A program made the position numbers and the translations under genes. Positions 41,199 through 51,742 of a stretch of 64,000 bases of DNA are shown in pieces; position 1 is the first letter of the stretch; every line of letters begins with the position of its first letter. The notes beneath the pieces are model-generated. The model searched no databases. It saw only the letters and a list, made by a program, of their open reading frames with translations, and had not been told where the DNA came from. Location: NCBI GenBank assembly GCA_965216565.1, contig OZ244170.1, positions 1,568,001-1,632,000 of the forward strand, read 5' to 3'. This DNA comes from Bythopirellula sp. (GTDB lineage Bacteria; Planctomycetota; Planctomycetia; Pirellulales; Lacipirellulaceae).

Positions 41199-42536
41199 AT
41201 GAAACGGGCATCCCTCCACACCCGTCTGGCAAGTGTCGCCGTGTTGGCTCTCACTACGCTGTTCGCATTCGCCAACAACTCCAATGCCCAGATTGTCCAA
41301 CGGGCGGTCGGTGGTGTTGCCATCGATGCCGATGGCTTGCTCAGTAGTTTGACGCTGGAAGACTCGGAGCAATTGGAAAGTCTACGTAAGACTGCTCTGG
41401 ACCGCGTGCCAGAAGAGTTGGCCGCGTTTAACAAAATGCGAGGCGTGTCGATCAAGCAAATCAACTCAGCCGTCGCCAAGAGTGTGGCAGACAGTAGCCC
41501 ACTTCCCGAAGAGATCCGCTACCTCGCCGGTTTACAGCGCATCGAGTATGTGTTTGTCTATCCCGAGCGAAACGATATTGTCTTGGCCGGTCCTGCCGAG
41601 GGCTGGCAACTTGATGCACTTGGAAATGTGGTTGGCAAAACCACGAAGCGTCCTGTGATCTTGCTAGACGATTTGGTAGTTGCGCTACGCACGGCAGCTT
41701 CCTCGCGGTTGGAGCCTATTTCTTGCTCGATTGATCCGAGTCAAGAAGGCATGCAGCGACTGCAAGGGGTGCTACGCCAACTACAACGGGAACGTAATCC
41801 GCAAGTTGCGATGACTCGCCTCGAGGATGCTCTAGGCCCGCAGGAGATTTCGCTCACAGGAATTCCCGCGTCGAGCCACTTCGCCCGCGTGATGGTAGCC
41901 GCCGATTTCCGCATGAAACGTCTGGCAATGAACTTCGACGAAGCACCTGTGGCCAAAATGCCTAGCTTCATGGAACTGGCCAGTAGCAGAAATTCGAGCA
42001 TGACGCCCCGTTGGTGGCTGGCACCTAAATACGACTCTCTCGCTCGCGATGCCGAAGGCTTGGCCTGGCAACTTCGCGGCCAAGGCGTCCAATGCAAAAC
42101 CGAAGAAGACCAATTCAATGCCGACGGCAAGCGTGAGAGCAGCCGCGCTGCCAGCCCTGCGGCCCAAAAATGGGCTGAAATGATGACTGGCAATTATCCC
42201 AAACTGGCCGAGCATGACTCGGTCTTCGGCCAACTTCGCAACGTGATGGATCTCGCCGTCGTCGCAGCACTCATCGAGAAAGAAGAATTGCTCGCCACCG
42301 CTGGACTGGAGATCTCGAATTTGATGCAGGATGTCGAACTCGCCGAGTACCCCGTCCCTCGCTTTGTCGACACACAGGCCAGCTTCGTCCGTAATAGGGG
42401 CAGCTACACGGTTAGTGCTTCCGGTGGCGTACAGATGCTACCCTGGCACGTTGCAGACAAGACGGAAGAAGTTGCTTCGGTGAGCGAAGTGCGGAACACA
42501 TTCTCAGCCGACTCCGGCAACTGGTGGCTGCAGTAG
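41199..42536 (+). CDS. DUF1598 domain-containing exported protein
   Basis: Signal peptide; VGGVAIDADG, DIVLAGPAE, CSIDP, MVAADFRMKR; AGGAG RBS. Confidence 0.8.
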   Translation: MKRASLHTRLASVAVLALTTLFAFANNSNAQIVQRAVGGVAIDADGLLSSLTLEDSEQLESLRKTALDRVPEELAAFNKMRGVSIKQINSAVAKSVADSSPLPEEIRYLAGLQRIEYVFVYPERNDIVLAGPAEGWQLDALGNVVGKTTKRPVILLDDLVVALRTAASSRLEPISCSIDPSQEGMQRLQGVLRQLQRERNPQVAMTRLEDALGPQEISLTGIPASSHFARVMVAADFRMKRLAMNFDEAPVAKMPSFMELASSRNSSMTPRWWLAPKYDSLARDAEGLAWQLRGQGVQCKTEEDQFNADGKRESSRAASPAAQKWAEMMTGNYPKLAEHDSVFGQLRNVMDLAVVAALIEKEELLATAGLEISNLMQDVELAEYPVPRFVDTQASFVRNRGSYTVSASGGVQMLPWHVADKTEEVASVSEVRNTFSADSGNWWLQ

Positions 42537-42552
42537 TTCAAGTACGATTACC

Positions 42553-42586
42553 AAAAGGGTGTCCAGAACGCTGGGCACCCTTTTTT
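42553..42586. terminator. Bidirectional intrinsic terminator
   Basis: AAAAGGGTGTCCAG-AACG-CTGGGCACCCTTTTTT between convergent genes. Confidence 0.85.
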
Positions 42587-43598
42587 AATTCGCCTTCTCT
42601 TGCGTCCACACTCTCGGACGCACCACATCTTTCACCAGCCCCAGCTTTTCGAAGAGCCGAATCGTGAGCCACGTCAGATCGAATTCCCACCATTTGTGGC
42701 CGTGGGCGGCGGCGCGTTGATCGGCATGGTGGTTGTTGTGCCAGCCTTCGCCGTTGCTCCAGAGGCCCACCAAGATGTTATTGCGGCTGCTGTCGCTGGT
42801 TTCGTAATTGCGATAACCCCAGACGTGCGTCACAGAGTTCACACTCCAGGTAATATGCCAAGTTAGCACCGTGCGGACGAATACCCCCCAAACCACCAGG
42901 CTCAGACCAAATTGCACGGGTGGAAATCCGCCAATCAGCCCGGCGATTACACCAGCGGCAAAGTAAACGATCATGCTTGCCAAATAGACCCACACCCAGT
43001 TTCGATTGCGCTCAAGCTTCATATAGAAAGGATCGCGGAGGATGTCGCGGACGTAGCGCTGATAGTAGTTGACGTTTAAGAAGTCTCGGTTCTCCACCAT
43101 CAACCAACCGCAATGGCCCCAAAAGAAACTCACCAGCGGGCTATGGGGGTCGGGTTGTTCGTCGGAATGTTTGTGATGGATCCGGTGCATGGCCACCCAA
43201 CAAGCGGGCGTATCTTGCATGGTGCAAACACCCAGGATCGCGAGGCTATGTTCTAGCCACTTCGGCGCGACAAGGCCTTGATGGGTTAGCATCCGGTGAT
43301 AGCACAGGTTGACCCCCAACGTGCCAAACACATACAGTCCTAGCACAGCGAGTACGACACCCGTCCAACTGAAGAAATACGGAAAGAACGCCAAGCACGC
43401 CAGCACATGGATCCCTGGAATGGCGATGATGTACCGCCAACGAATTAACGTCGGATCGATCGTGGTTGCAGGCCAAGGAAGACGTTTCTTGGCTGGCTCG
43501 GCCACAGGGGCATCGTCATTATGGGAAGTAATATATTCGCTGTCGGCATGCGGCTCGACTTGAACTTCTGAGTCAGTAGGTTTGAGATCGGTCGCCAT
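42585..43598 (-). CDS. Delta-9-type fatty acid (acyl-CoA) desaturase
   Basis: His boxes YHRMLTH, HRIHH, WHNNHH; DPHSP. Confidence 0.92.
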   Translation of the reverse strand: MATDLKPTDSEVQVEPHADSEYITSHNDDAPVAEPAKKRLPWPATTIDPTLIRWRYIIAIPGIHVLACLAFFPYFFSWTGVVLAVLGLYVFGTLGVNLCYHRMLTHQGLVAPKWLEHSLAILGVCTMQDTPACWVAMHRIHHKHSDEQPDPHSPLVSFFWGHCGWLMVENRDFLNVNYYQRYVRDILRDPFYMKLERNRNWVWVYLASMIVYFAAGVIAGLIGGFPPVQFGLSLVVWGVFVRTVLTWHITWSVNSVTHVWGYRNYETSDSSRNNILVGLWSNGEGWHNNHHADQRAAAHGHKWWEFDLTWLTIRLFEKLGLVKDVVRPRVWTQEKAN

Positions 43599-43650
43599 GA
43601 TTTTCGGAGTGGTTCGTTGAGCAAGGCCGGCGCGGCGGCGTGATTAAACA

Positions 43651-44289
43651 TTATAGATGTCTGGCATGAGGTTCCAAAGTGCGAAATCTGGTCTCTTCGG
43701 GCGGATTTAGACGCAAATTGACAACTCGAAGCTGAGGAATTCCTGCGACAAACTGGCCCAAACCCTGATCAACCAGCCCGCTGGCTGTCAGCTCGGGAAG
43801 AATGTTTTCTCCGAATCGATCGGGCGTACATGACTTTAGCAGAACTAGTTCCGACGCCCCCAGACAAGTGGCTAGCCGAGCGGCGATCGAGTCGCTCGTC
43901 ACCTCCCAATTCGCTGGCAAGGCTCGACCGGGCAAATCGGGTTCACTTTCCCGCAGCCACTTAGACACATCGAAAAACGTGGCTCCGGGGGATTTCAGCC
44001 GATCTGTGAGACAACCTTCTTCCTTCGTCAGCGGTATACGTGGGAACCGAGATTGGAAAAGTCGGATTGTGGCCGACATCAAATCGACACAAACCCAGTG
44101 GGCCATTTTCTCGTCCAAAGGCCGCTGAGCATTCCAGCGCCGCACCTCCTCGACCAGGCTGCCTCCCCCGGTGATCAATACGTGGTGAGCAGGCGTCTGT
44201 ATATCGAGCCAACTCTTCAGTCGTGCATCTAAGTCTGGTAAATCGAGCAGACTGCCGCCTATCTTCACAACTCGCACGAGGCTACCCAT
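43651..44289 (-). CDS. Amino acid kinase family protein, MfnE/Orf21-like (methanofuran/C1 cofactor biosynthesis)
   Basis: VVKIGGSL, ITGGG, WEVTSDSIAA, LVLLKS; clustered with MfnF- and MfnD-like genes. Confidence 0.75.
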   Translation of the reverse strand: MGSLVRVVKIGGSLLDLPDLDARLKSWLDIQTPAHHVLITGGGSLVEEVRRWNAQRPLDEKMAHWVCVDLMSATIRLFQSRFPRIPLTKEEGCLTDRLKSPGATFFDVSKWLRESEPDLPGRALPANWEVTSDSIAARLATCLGASELVLLKSCTPDRFGENILPELTASGLVDQGLGQFVAGIPQLRVVNLRLNPPEETRFRTLEPHARHL

Positions 44290-45301
44290 GATCGGTTATC
44301 CTCTCTCGTGCCAGCACCGCCAATGCGTGTGCCGGTCCGCATCGACTTAACGCGGGACCAAGCTCTTGGTCTAGAGAAACCAACTTGGCATCGAATCCCA
44401 ATCGATTCAAAAGACATCGCGATAGAAATTCACCATGACCACTAAGCACAATAGTCTGCGGCTGCCTATCCATACGCTCCACAACCTTGCGGAAACCGCT
44501 TTCCAATAACGATAGCTGCGCGTCCTGAATTTCCTCCGCCACGCGATTGGCATCTTCGCTGTCGAATATCGTCGTATCGGCACATACCATCCTTGCTAGC
44601 CGTGCATGGGAATTGGCCTGGGTCAGCGGCCGGCCATCGGCGGTGTCTGTACTGTTTGAATCTTCAGCAAGCTTTCCCAGTACCACGTAAGCATCCGCAG
44701 CCGTCGCGAACAGTTCCTGCGCCACGCCACAACGCTCGCCACGCCATGGCAACGATTTCACTAGAGCACACACGGGGCTCCGTTCTATGCCCGTGTAAAC
44801 TAACTCACCCGTCGCCAGTCGCTCAGGGTCTGTGATGCCCACTGCGGTCGCACCATTGGTGCCAAAGGGAATAAAATCTGCCGTCGTCGATCCAATGTCG
44901 ATCAACATTGCCGGCATTGTGTTGCTATAGCGAGCGACAAAGCTGCCCAACACGTGCCAATTACTAGCGCTGGCGAGTAAATAGTTCTCACGCGCTTGTT
45001 TCGGGCTGCAGAAATCTCCGTTGCAAAGATAAACGTGAATCTCGCGCCCTGCGGCCACAACATCCACGGCAGACAGAATTCTATCGATTCCTTCCGCCTT
45101 GGTCTGAAAGCAGTCGGCCAGTTCGCCGGTGATCGTCACAGCCAGACAATCTGCCTCAGGCGACTCGCGCATCAAATCTCGGATGCCATCGGCAATCGAT
45201 TCAGGACGCTTCCACAGAGGAAAGCGATGAGACCTGGCAAATCCCAGCCCATCGGCAGCCTTGAGATTCGCACCGCCAATATCTAATGCCAACAGGCTCA
45301 T
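44282..45301 (-). CDS. H4MPT-linked C1 pathway hydantoinase/oxoprolinase-family protein, MfnF/Orf9-like
   Basis: LDIGGANLK, TGELADCF, ASNW, DIGSTT.D, GELVYTG, E.FAT.AD, TADGR. Confidence 0.85.
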   Translation of the reverse strand: MSLLALDIGGANLKAADGLGFARSHRFPLWKRPESIADGIRDLMRESPEADCLAVTITGELADCFQTKAEGIDRILSAVDVVAAGREIHVYLCNGDFCSPKQARENYLLASASNWHVLGSFVARYSNTMPAMLIDIGSTTADFIPFGTNGATAVGITDPERLATGELVYTGIERSPVCALVKSLPWRGERCGVAQELFATAADAYVVLGKLAEDSNSTDTADGRPLTQANSHARLARMVCADTTIFDSEDANRVAEEIQDAQLSLLESGFRKVVERMDRQPQTIVLSGHGEFLSRCLLNRLGFDAKLVSLDQELGPALSRCGPAHALAVLARERITDHG

Positions 45302-45304
45302 GGA

Positions 45305-46330
45305 TTATCGATCGCCAAGTTTTGTAACGGTCCCATCCGAGAGAAACTCGAATGCGTCTTCATTGAAATCAATGGCGGCAGACTCGCCAATTGCAACATC
45401 GACCAAGGTCTTGGCCAGATTGTCCTGCGTCATCGCTCTCAATCCCACATACGAAGTTGTCAAACGTGGATTCACCTCGATCACCACATCTTCGCTCCCA
45501 TCGGCCTCTCTTCCTACGATAACATCGATCCCCACATATCCTCGCGCCGGCGGCAATGCTGCCAGGCATTGTTCCGCGAGATTCGTAGCCCGGTCGGCTA
45601 ACTCGCGCTGCATCAGCCGCGAGCCTCCCAAATAATGAAAGCGCCCATTGTCTGAGAGATTCTGCATGCAAACCGGCAAAGCAATCTTATGCGACGGACC
45701 ACAGAGAAAGGAAACGCTCGCGGCCATGCCAGGATAGTACCGCTCCAATCGACGGGACCAGGCGTAGGGTGGGGGTTCATCGCTCGATTTGGAGACCAGC
45801 AGTGTATCCTGAGAACCTGCGCCATCCACCGGCTTCAGTACAGCGGGATAACTAAAATCGGCGGGCAGCTTCTCCTCATCTGGTTCCAAGAGAGTCGCTT
45901 CCGGCACAGGCACTCCGCACTCTGCAAGGCGCGTGGCGGTCTGATGCTTATCGGTCGTCAAAGAGACAAAATCTAGGTCGCAACCAAGCAGTTCGTTGCC
46001 ATGGTGAGAAACCAGTTGGTGAAGCCCACCTAGAATGCCATCAAATTCTGGAGCAATCACTAGCGTGTAATCTGCTCGCTCCGCTTGGTTGAGAAATTCT
46101 TCCTCGTGATCGGAGCGCGACTGCACTTCGTGAACCTCGCAGCCGGGCAGCGACAGCGAATCTAGCCGCATATCTTTCAGTATGCTGACGTGCGAATCGG
46201 GGATCGCTGCAAGATCTTTGGCCAGAGCCGTCACCATGGCCGAGCCTTCCACCAGCAACGACTTCGGCAACTGCCCCCACTCTTCGACTAACCCGCCACC
46301 CGTGACCCATTCATAGAGAAAAAAATGCAT
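45305..46330 (-). CDS. ATP-grasp ligase, MfnD (tyramine-glutamate ligase)-like
   Basis: YEWVTGGG...EG.AM, IAPE, KPVDGAGS, GYVGID, IEVNPRLTTSY. Confidence 0.8.
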   Translation of the reverse strand: MHFFLYEWVTGGGLVEEWGQLPKSLLVEGSAMVTALAKDLAAIPDSHVSILKDMRLDSLSLPGCEVHEVQSRSDHEEEFLNQAERADYTLVIAPEFDGILGGLHQLVSHHGNELLGCDLDFVSLTTDKHQTATRLAECGVPVPEATLLEPDEEKLPADFSYPAVLKPVDGAGSQDTLLVSKSSDEPPPYAWSRRLERYYPGMAASVSFLCGPSHKIALPVCMQNLSDNGRFHYLGGSRLMQRELADRATNLAEQCLAALPPARGYVGIDVIVGREADGSEDVVIEVNPRLTTSYVGLRAMTQDNLAKTLVDVAIGESAAIDFNEDAFEFLSDGTVTKLGDR

Positions 46331-46462
46331 GGCTAGAAGCAATTTCAAAGTCAATGAGCCGAACGCGCTAGCGTCGGGTAGCAGCAAGACAACACCAAAA
46401 CTGACGCTACCCGCGGCAAGCGCCGTCGGCTCACGACTGATGTGCCCTGATTTTCAACGATG

Positions 46463-46532
46463 CTCTCGACCCTGGTCTCTCGACTCTGAGCTCTCTGCTC
46501 TTAGCTCCTAGCTCTTTGCTCTTAGCCCTAAG
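46463..46532. repeat. Degenerate heptamer tandem repeat (10 units)
   Basis: CTCTCGA CCCTGGT CTCTCGA CTCTGAG CTCTCTG CTCTTAG CTCCTAG CTCTTTG CTCTTAG CCCTAAG. Confidence 0.75.
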
Positions 46533-46850
46533 CTAGAAAATCCCCAATTGATCGCGGGCATCTTCGGTCATCCGATCGGGAGTCCAAGGCGGCTCCATCA
46601 CCAGTTTCACATCGACTTCGTTGACTTCCTCGAGTCGGCCAACAAAGTCCTTCGACTGACCCAGCAATTGCGGGCCGGCGGGACAGGCGGGACTCGTCAT
46701 GGTCATCTCGACCTCAACGTCCGACTTCCCGGCGTCGTTTTCGGCGATTTTGATCTCGTAGATTAGCCCCAGATCAACGATGTTGACGAATAATTCGGGG
46801 TCGATCACTTGCTTCAAAGCTTCGCGAACTTTGTCTTCTGCAATCGGCAT
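46533..46850 (-). CDS. Fe-S cluster assembly factor, DUF59/SufT family
   Basis: DPEL..NIVDLGLIY, MTMTSPACP, PPWTPDRM. Confidence 0.9.
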   Translation of the reverse strand: MPIAEDKVREALKQVIDPELFVNIVDLGLIYEIKIAENDAGKSDVEVEMTMTSPACPAGPQLLGQSKDFVGRLEEVNEVDVKLVMEPPWTPDRMTEDARDQLGIF

Positions 46851-46882
46851 GATGAGTTGCTCCACAGTCGGACAGAAAGCTA

Positions 46883-47203
46883 TTAGGAATTTAGCCGTAC
46901 AAGCACTTGGTCACCATCCACCTTCACCTCGTGGCTGACCGTGGCCTTGGTGGCGGGCATCGTCATCGCGGCACCCGACTCGAGATTGAACTTGGCTCCA
47001 TGACGGGGGCAGGCAATCGACTTGTCCTCAGGATCGATGGGACCATCGCTTAGTGGACCGCCATCGTGTGTGCAGACATCGTCCAGGGCGTACCAATGGT
47101 CGGCGGCATGCACTAGCACGACTAGCCGTTCGTCGACTTCGACCAGCATCGAGCCAGGATCAGCCACTTCATCCGTTTTCGCCACACTCACAAATTCTGC
47201 CAC
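46883..47203 (-). CDS. Rieske-type [2Fe-2S] ferredoxin
   Basis: CTH...CPRHG; GTG start. Confidence 0.9.
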   Translation of the reverse strand: MAEFVSVAKTDEVADPGSMLVEVDERLVVLVHAADHWYALDDVCTHDGGPLSDGPIDPEDKSIACPRHGAKFNLESGAAMTMPATKATVSHEVKVDGDQVLVRLNS

Positions 47204-47229
47204 TGACGAGCCTTTATTCTTTTCTGAGT

Positions 47230-48543
47230 TTACTCTTCGATATCGCGGACACGACGACCAATCGCTTCGCCCAGGGCATCGCGTACGCTTTCGATGGTGA
47301 TGCGGTCAAATACCTGCTGGAAGAATCCTGTGACAATCATTCGGACTGCCTCTTGGCGAGTGTAACCGCGTGTCATGCTGTAGAACAGTTGCTCATCGTC
47401 TACGCGACCGGAAGTACTGCCGTGCGTGCAACGCACATCGTCGGCTTCGATTTCCAATCCTGGAATCGAGTCCGCCCGGGCCGTCGTAGCAAGCATGAGG
47501 TTGTCGTTTCGCTGATAGGCGTCAGTGCGTTGAGCGCCTTCGTCGACTTTGATCATCCCTCGCCACACGCTTCGCGAATCGTCTTGTAACGCCGTTTTGT
47601 AGAGCAAATCGCTGTGGCAGTAAGGCGCCTTGTGATGCTGGTGCGTGTTGTACGACAGATGCTGCCGACCTTGGGCAAACATGGCCCCATTAACCTGGGC
47701 TTGTGCGTCCTTGCCTGTGAGGGCGACATGCTGGTTCACCTTCGCCAATCGGCTGCCGAGGGCCCCAATGGTCCACTGCAAACTGGCTTGCTCAGCGACA
47801 TGCGCCATTTGATGAGCAAAGTGCCACACCTTGTCCGACCAGTTTTGCAGGTTCACATACCTTAGGTGAGCATTGGCTCCAACGATCAACTCGATTGTTC
47901 CGCAATGTAGGCCTTTGGCCTGTTCGTTGGTGCTGACTGTCTCGGCAAGCAAGGTTGCTTCGGCGCCTTCTTCAAGAATCACAAGTGTACGATTCAGATC
48001 CGTGGCCCCATCACTCAGAACAGACAGCCCGTGAAGTGGCTCGTCGATGACCACACCCTTTGGCACATATAGGAGCGACCCACCACTCCAAACCGCGGCG
48101 TTCAACGCTGCGAATTTATCTTTGTTCGGATCAACCAACTGCTTTTCGAAGCTGGGACGAAGTTTCTCAGAGTGCTCCGCCAAGAGTTGACCGAGATTGC
48201 CGAACAAGACTCCCTTGTCGGCCCACTTCTTCTCTAGGGCACAGTCCGTTGAGTGGCTGTCGATGGTGACGCTATGCCCGCCGAGATCGACGCCCTCGCC
48301 TAATAGTGCCGCTGGTGCCGCTACGTCGGGAGTTTCCCCCGCCAACCCAAAGTCGTTGAGCTTAAAGAGACGAATGTCCGTTCGCATCCACTCTTCATCA
48401 CGTACCGAGGGCATGTCTAATGACTGAAATTGTTGCCAGGCATCACGCCGACGCTGCGTTAGCCAGTCTGGTTCGTCTCGGGATGACAGGAACTCGTCAA
48501 ACGCTTCTTGGGAAAATGAAGACTTGGTCAGCGTAGCACTCAT
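47230..48543 (-). CDS. sufD: Fe-S cluster assembly protein SufD
   Basis: EEWMRTD, PGLEIEADDVRCTHG, FYSMTRG; follows sufB. Confidence 0.92.
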   Translation of the reverse strand: MSATLTKSSFSQEAFDEFLSSRDEPDWLTQRRRDAWQQFQSLDMPSVRDEEWMRTDIRLFKLNDFGLAGETPDVAAPAALLGEGVDLGGHSVTIDSHSTDCALEKKWADKGVLFGNLGQLLAEHSEKLRPSFEKQLVDPNKDKFAALNAAVWSGGSLLYVPKGVVIDEPLHGLSVLSDGATDLNRTLVILEEGAEATLLAETVSTNEQAKGLHCGTIELIVGANAHLRYVNLQNWSDKVWHFAHQMAHVAEQASLQWTIGALGSRLAKVNQHVALTGKDAQAQVNGAMFAQGRQHLSYNTHQHHKAPYCHSDLLYKTALQDDSRSVWRGMIKVDEGAQRTDAYQRNDNLMLATTARADSIPGLEIEADDVRCTHGSTSGRVDDEQLFYSMTRGYTRQEAVRMIVTGFFQQVFDRITIESVRDALGEAIGRRVRDIEE

Positions 48544-48626
48544 GAATAACTTCTAGGTTCGAATTATTAGGTTGTCGAGTTTTTCAACTCGTGAGCTAGC
48601 GGGATAAGGCAAGATGCGGACCAGGC

Positions 48627-50033
48627 TCAGCCCACGCTGCCTTCCATTTGAAGTTCGATCAATCGATTCATCTCGACGGCGTACTCCATCGGCAATTCTT
48701 TGATCAGTGGCTCGATGAAACCACTGACAATCATCGAACTCGCCTCCGCCTCGGTAAGACCTCGACTCATTAGGTAGAACAACTGTTCTTCGCCGATCCG
48801 CGAGACGCTCGCCTCGTGCTCGATTTGCACGTCTTGCTCTTCAACTTCAATATAGGGGTAGGTGTCGCTGCGGCTCTCGGGATCGAGAATCAGTGCGTCG
48901 CACACCACATTGCTTTTGCAGTCGGTCGCACCGTCTTCCACTTTGCACAGCCCGCGATAGCTACTACGGCCACCGTTTTTGCTGATGCTCTTGGAAATGA
49001 TCCGGCTCTTCGTATTAGGAGCACAGTGAACGACTTTGGCACCGGCGTCCTGATGCTGCCCCTTCGAGGAGAAAGCGATCGAAAGGATCTCGCCGCGGGC
49101 GCCTGGTTCCATCATGTAGACGGCTGGATACTTCATCGTGAGCTGGCTACCCAGATTGCCGTCGATCCATTCCATCAGGGCGTTCTCGTAAGCCATCGCC
49201 CGTTTGGTCACCAGGTTGTAAATATTATTGGCCCAGTTCTGGATGGTCGTGTAACGGCAACGGCCTTCCTTCTTGACCATGATCTCGACCACTGCCGAGT
49301 GCAGGCTTTCGGTCGTGTACATGGGGGCGGTACAACCCTCGACGTAATGCACTTCGGCACCTTCGTCGACGATAATCAGCGTCCGCTCGAACTGCCCCAT
49401 TTGCTCCGCGTTGATGCGGAAGTAGGCCTGTAGCGGGAACTCGATCTTCACACCGGGGGGGACATAGATGAATGAACCACCCGACCAAACCGCCGAGTTG
49501 AGCGCGGCAAACTTGTTGTCCGAAGGCGGAATAATCTTGCCGAAGTATTCGCGGAGTAACTCGGGGTGTTCTTTGATGGCGGTATCCGTATCGGTGAAGA
49601 TAACGCCCTTCTTGCCCAAGTCGTCCTGCAGCGATCCGTAGACGACTTCGCTTTCGAACTGAGCCTTCACACCGGCGAGATACTTTTTCTCTGCTTCGGG
49701 AATTCCTAGCTTGTCGAAGGTGTCTTTGATTTCCTGCGGAACATCGTCCCAAGTCCGGCCTTGTTCGTTCGCCGGCTTCAGGTAGTAGTAGATATCCTGA
49801 AAATCAATGGCGATGTTGCCGCCCCACTTGGGCATCGGCTTCGACTCGAAAATCTCGTAGGACTTCAAACGAAAATCCCGCATCCAGCCGGGCTCGCCTT
49901 TCATCTCTGAAATCTGAGCCACGATCTCGGCATTCAAACCCTTTTCGGCCTTGAATACGTCGTGAGACGGGGTGACAAAGTCGTACTTATTGATTTCGCC
50001 AATAGTGGCGTCTTGTGTAATATCGGTTGCCAT
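48627..50033 (-). CDS. sufB: Fe-S cluster assembly protein SufB
   Basis: [37 protein letters not shown]. Confidence 0.96.
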   Translation of the reverse strand: MATDITQDATIGEINKYDFVTPSHDVFKAEKGLNAEIVAQISEMKGEPGWMRDFRLKSYEIFESKPMPKWGGNIAIDFQDIYYYLKPANEQGRTWDDVPQEIKDTFDKLGIPEAEKKYLAGVKAQFESEVVYGSLQDDLGKKGVIFTDTDTAIKEHPELLREYFGKIIPPSDNKFAALNSAVWSGGSFIYVPPGVKIEFPLQAYFRINAEQMGQFERTLIIVDEGAEVHYVEGCTAPMYTTESLHSAVVEIMVKKEGRCRYTTIQNWANNIYNLVTKRAMAYENALMEWIDGNLGSQLTMKYPAVYMMEPGARGEILSIAFSSKGQHQDAGAKVVHCAPNTKSRIISKSISKNGGRSSYRGLCKVEDGATDCKSNVVCDALILDPESRSDTYPYIEVEEQDVQIEHEASVSRIGEEQLFYLMSRGLTEAEASSMIVSGFIEPLIKELPMEYAVEMNRLIELQMEGSVG

Positions 50034-50049
50034 GTTGTTCTCTGCTTTC

Positions 50050-50862
50050 TTAAACCGTTGCGGTTTCAGTCATCTCTTCTTCAGCGGCAGCGGCCTCGGG
50101 ATAAGCCGCCCGAATGCGATCGTAGCCTTCGGTGTACAGTTCCTTAGCCAATTCCACACCGCCCGACTCGACGATCTTGCCGCCCAGCATCACGTGAGTG
50201 TAATCGGGAGTGTTGTGATCGAGTAATTTGTCATGGTGCGTGATAATGAGGATGCCCATCTGTTCGCCACCAATTTCAGCGATACTCTGGCTAGCCAACT
50301 TCACGGCATCGACGTCGAGACCACTGTCGGTCTCGTCGAGAATGGCAAACTTAGGCCGTAGCATTGCCATTTGCAGAATCTCTGCCCGTTTCATTTCGCC
50401 ACCAGAAAAGCCGTCGTTGACGTACCGGCGAGCAAACTCCACGTCCATCCGTAGCTGCTCCATTTTCTCGGTCAGCTCTTTGCGGAATTGACGCATCGGA
50501 ATGAGCTCTTCACCTTCCTTGCGGTCGGGGTTGCGGACGTTGGTGGTGGCATGGCGGAGGAAGTCGGCCATCTTCACACCCGGAATTGCCATGGGACGTT
50601 GGAAGGCCATGAAGATGCCCGCCCGGGCACGTTCCGTGGCGTCCAGTTCGAGGACGTCCGTCGAGTCCAACTCGATCGACCCGCCAGTCACTTCGTAGCT
50701 GGGATGCCCCATAATGGCGTTGCCCAACGTGCTCTTACCCGAGCCATTAGGGCCCATCAAGGCATGCGTCTCGCCCTGGCGGATGGTGAGGTTCACCCCG
50801 CGCAGAATGGGTTTCGTTTCAACAGAAACTTGCAAATCAGTAATCTTCAGCGTTTCAGACAT
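50050..50862 (-). CDS. sufC: Fe-S cluster assembly ATPase SufC
   Basis: [28 protein letters not shown]. Confidence 0.95.
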   Translation of the reverse strand: MSETLKITDLQVSVETKPILRGVNLTIRQGETHALMGPNGSGKSTLGNAIMGHPSYEVTGGSIELDSTDVLELDATERARAGIFMAFQRPMAIPGVKMADFLRHATTNVRNPDRKEGEELIPMRQFRKELTEKMEQLRMDVEFARRYVNDGFSGGEMKRAEILQMAMLRPKFAILDETDSGLDVDAVKLASQSIAEIGGEQMGILIITHHDKLLDHNTPDYTHVMLGGKIVESGGVELAKELYTEGYDRIRAAYPEAAAAEEEMTETATV

Positions 50863-50869
50863 TTGGGAG

Positions 50870-50897
50870 GGGATAGGTGTTAGGGGTTAGGGACTAG
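50870..50897. repeat. Short heptamer tandem repeat (4 units)
   Basis: GGGATAG GTGTTAG GGGTTAG GGACTAG. Confidence 0.55.
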
Positions 50898-50964
50898 TTT
50901 ATTTTCGACAATTGGATCAGCCGCGATGCCACAGTTCACTCGCCGAGGCGAGCATCGCAAGGCA

Positions 50965-51585
50965 CTAACCAGTAATCTTTTGGTGATCGTAAACGGGATC
51001 AATGTCGGCGGGAGCCGTTACGTAACCCGAGTGATGCGGCATCGGCAGTTCGTCTTCCACCTTGCGGCCAAGTTGGCCAAAGCCGGCACTTCCCGAATTC
51101 TTGGCTATCTTGTGACCTTTGATCTTGTCTTGAATTCGCATCAAACCTTCCAGCAGCGATTCTGGTCGCGGCGGGCAACCGGGAACATACACGTCCACGG
51201 GCACCACAAGATCGACGCCCTTCACAACGTGATAACCGTACTTGAAGTAAGGTCCACCACCCACGGTGCAGGCACCCATGGCGATCACGAATTTCGGATC
51301 GGGCATTAAATTGTAAAGCCGCCGCACTCGGCTGGCCATTTTGTAGGTCACCGTACCAGCCACAATCATCAGGTCGGCCTGGCGAGGCGTTGCTCGAAAC
51401 GCGCCGGCTCCAAAGCGGTCCAGGTCGTAGCGACTCGCCCCGGCGGCCATCATTTCAATGGCACAACAGGCCAAGCCAAACGTCATGGGCCAAATGCTCG
51501 ACTGACGGGCCCAGTTAATGGCCTGCTCGACCGTCGTCGTGATGACATTCTCCTCAAAACGCCCTTCAATCCATGGCTGAGACAT
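50965..51585 (-). CDS. nuoB: NADH-quinone oxidoreductase subunit B
   Basis: [33 protein letters not shown]. Confidence 0.92.
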   Translation of the reverse strand: MSQPWIEGRFEENVITTTVEQAINWARQSSIWPMTFGLACCAIEMMAAGASRYDLDRFGAGAFRATPRQADLMIVAGTVTYKMASRVRRLYNLMPDPKFVIAMGACTVGGGPYFKYGYHVVKGVDLVVPVDVYVPGCPPRPESLLEGLMRIQDKIKGHKIAKNSGSAGFGQLGRKVEDELPMPHHSGYVTAPADIDPVYDHQKITG

Positions 51586-51742
51586 CGAATTTCTACCCAC
51601 TCGTTCAGGTTATTGATTCGTTCACCGACCGAAATGTCTACCGCAGTTCGGCCCTACTAATACCGGTACAATCTGCCAAAAGTAACATGACTAGCACGGC
51701 ATGGCTAGTAGCTCGGCACCTCACTACCACAATCGACTTCCG

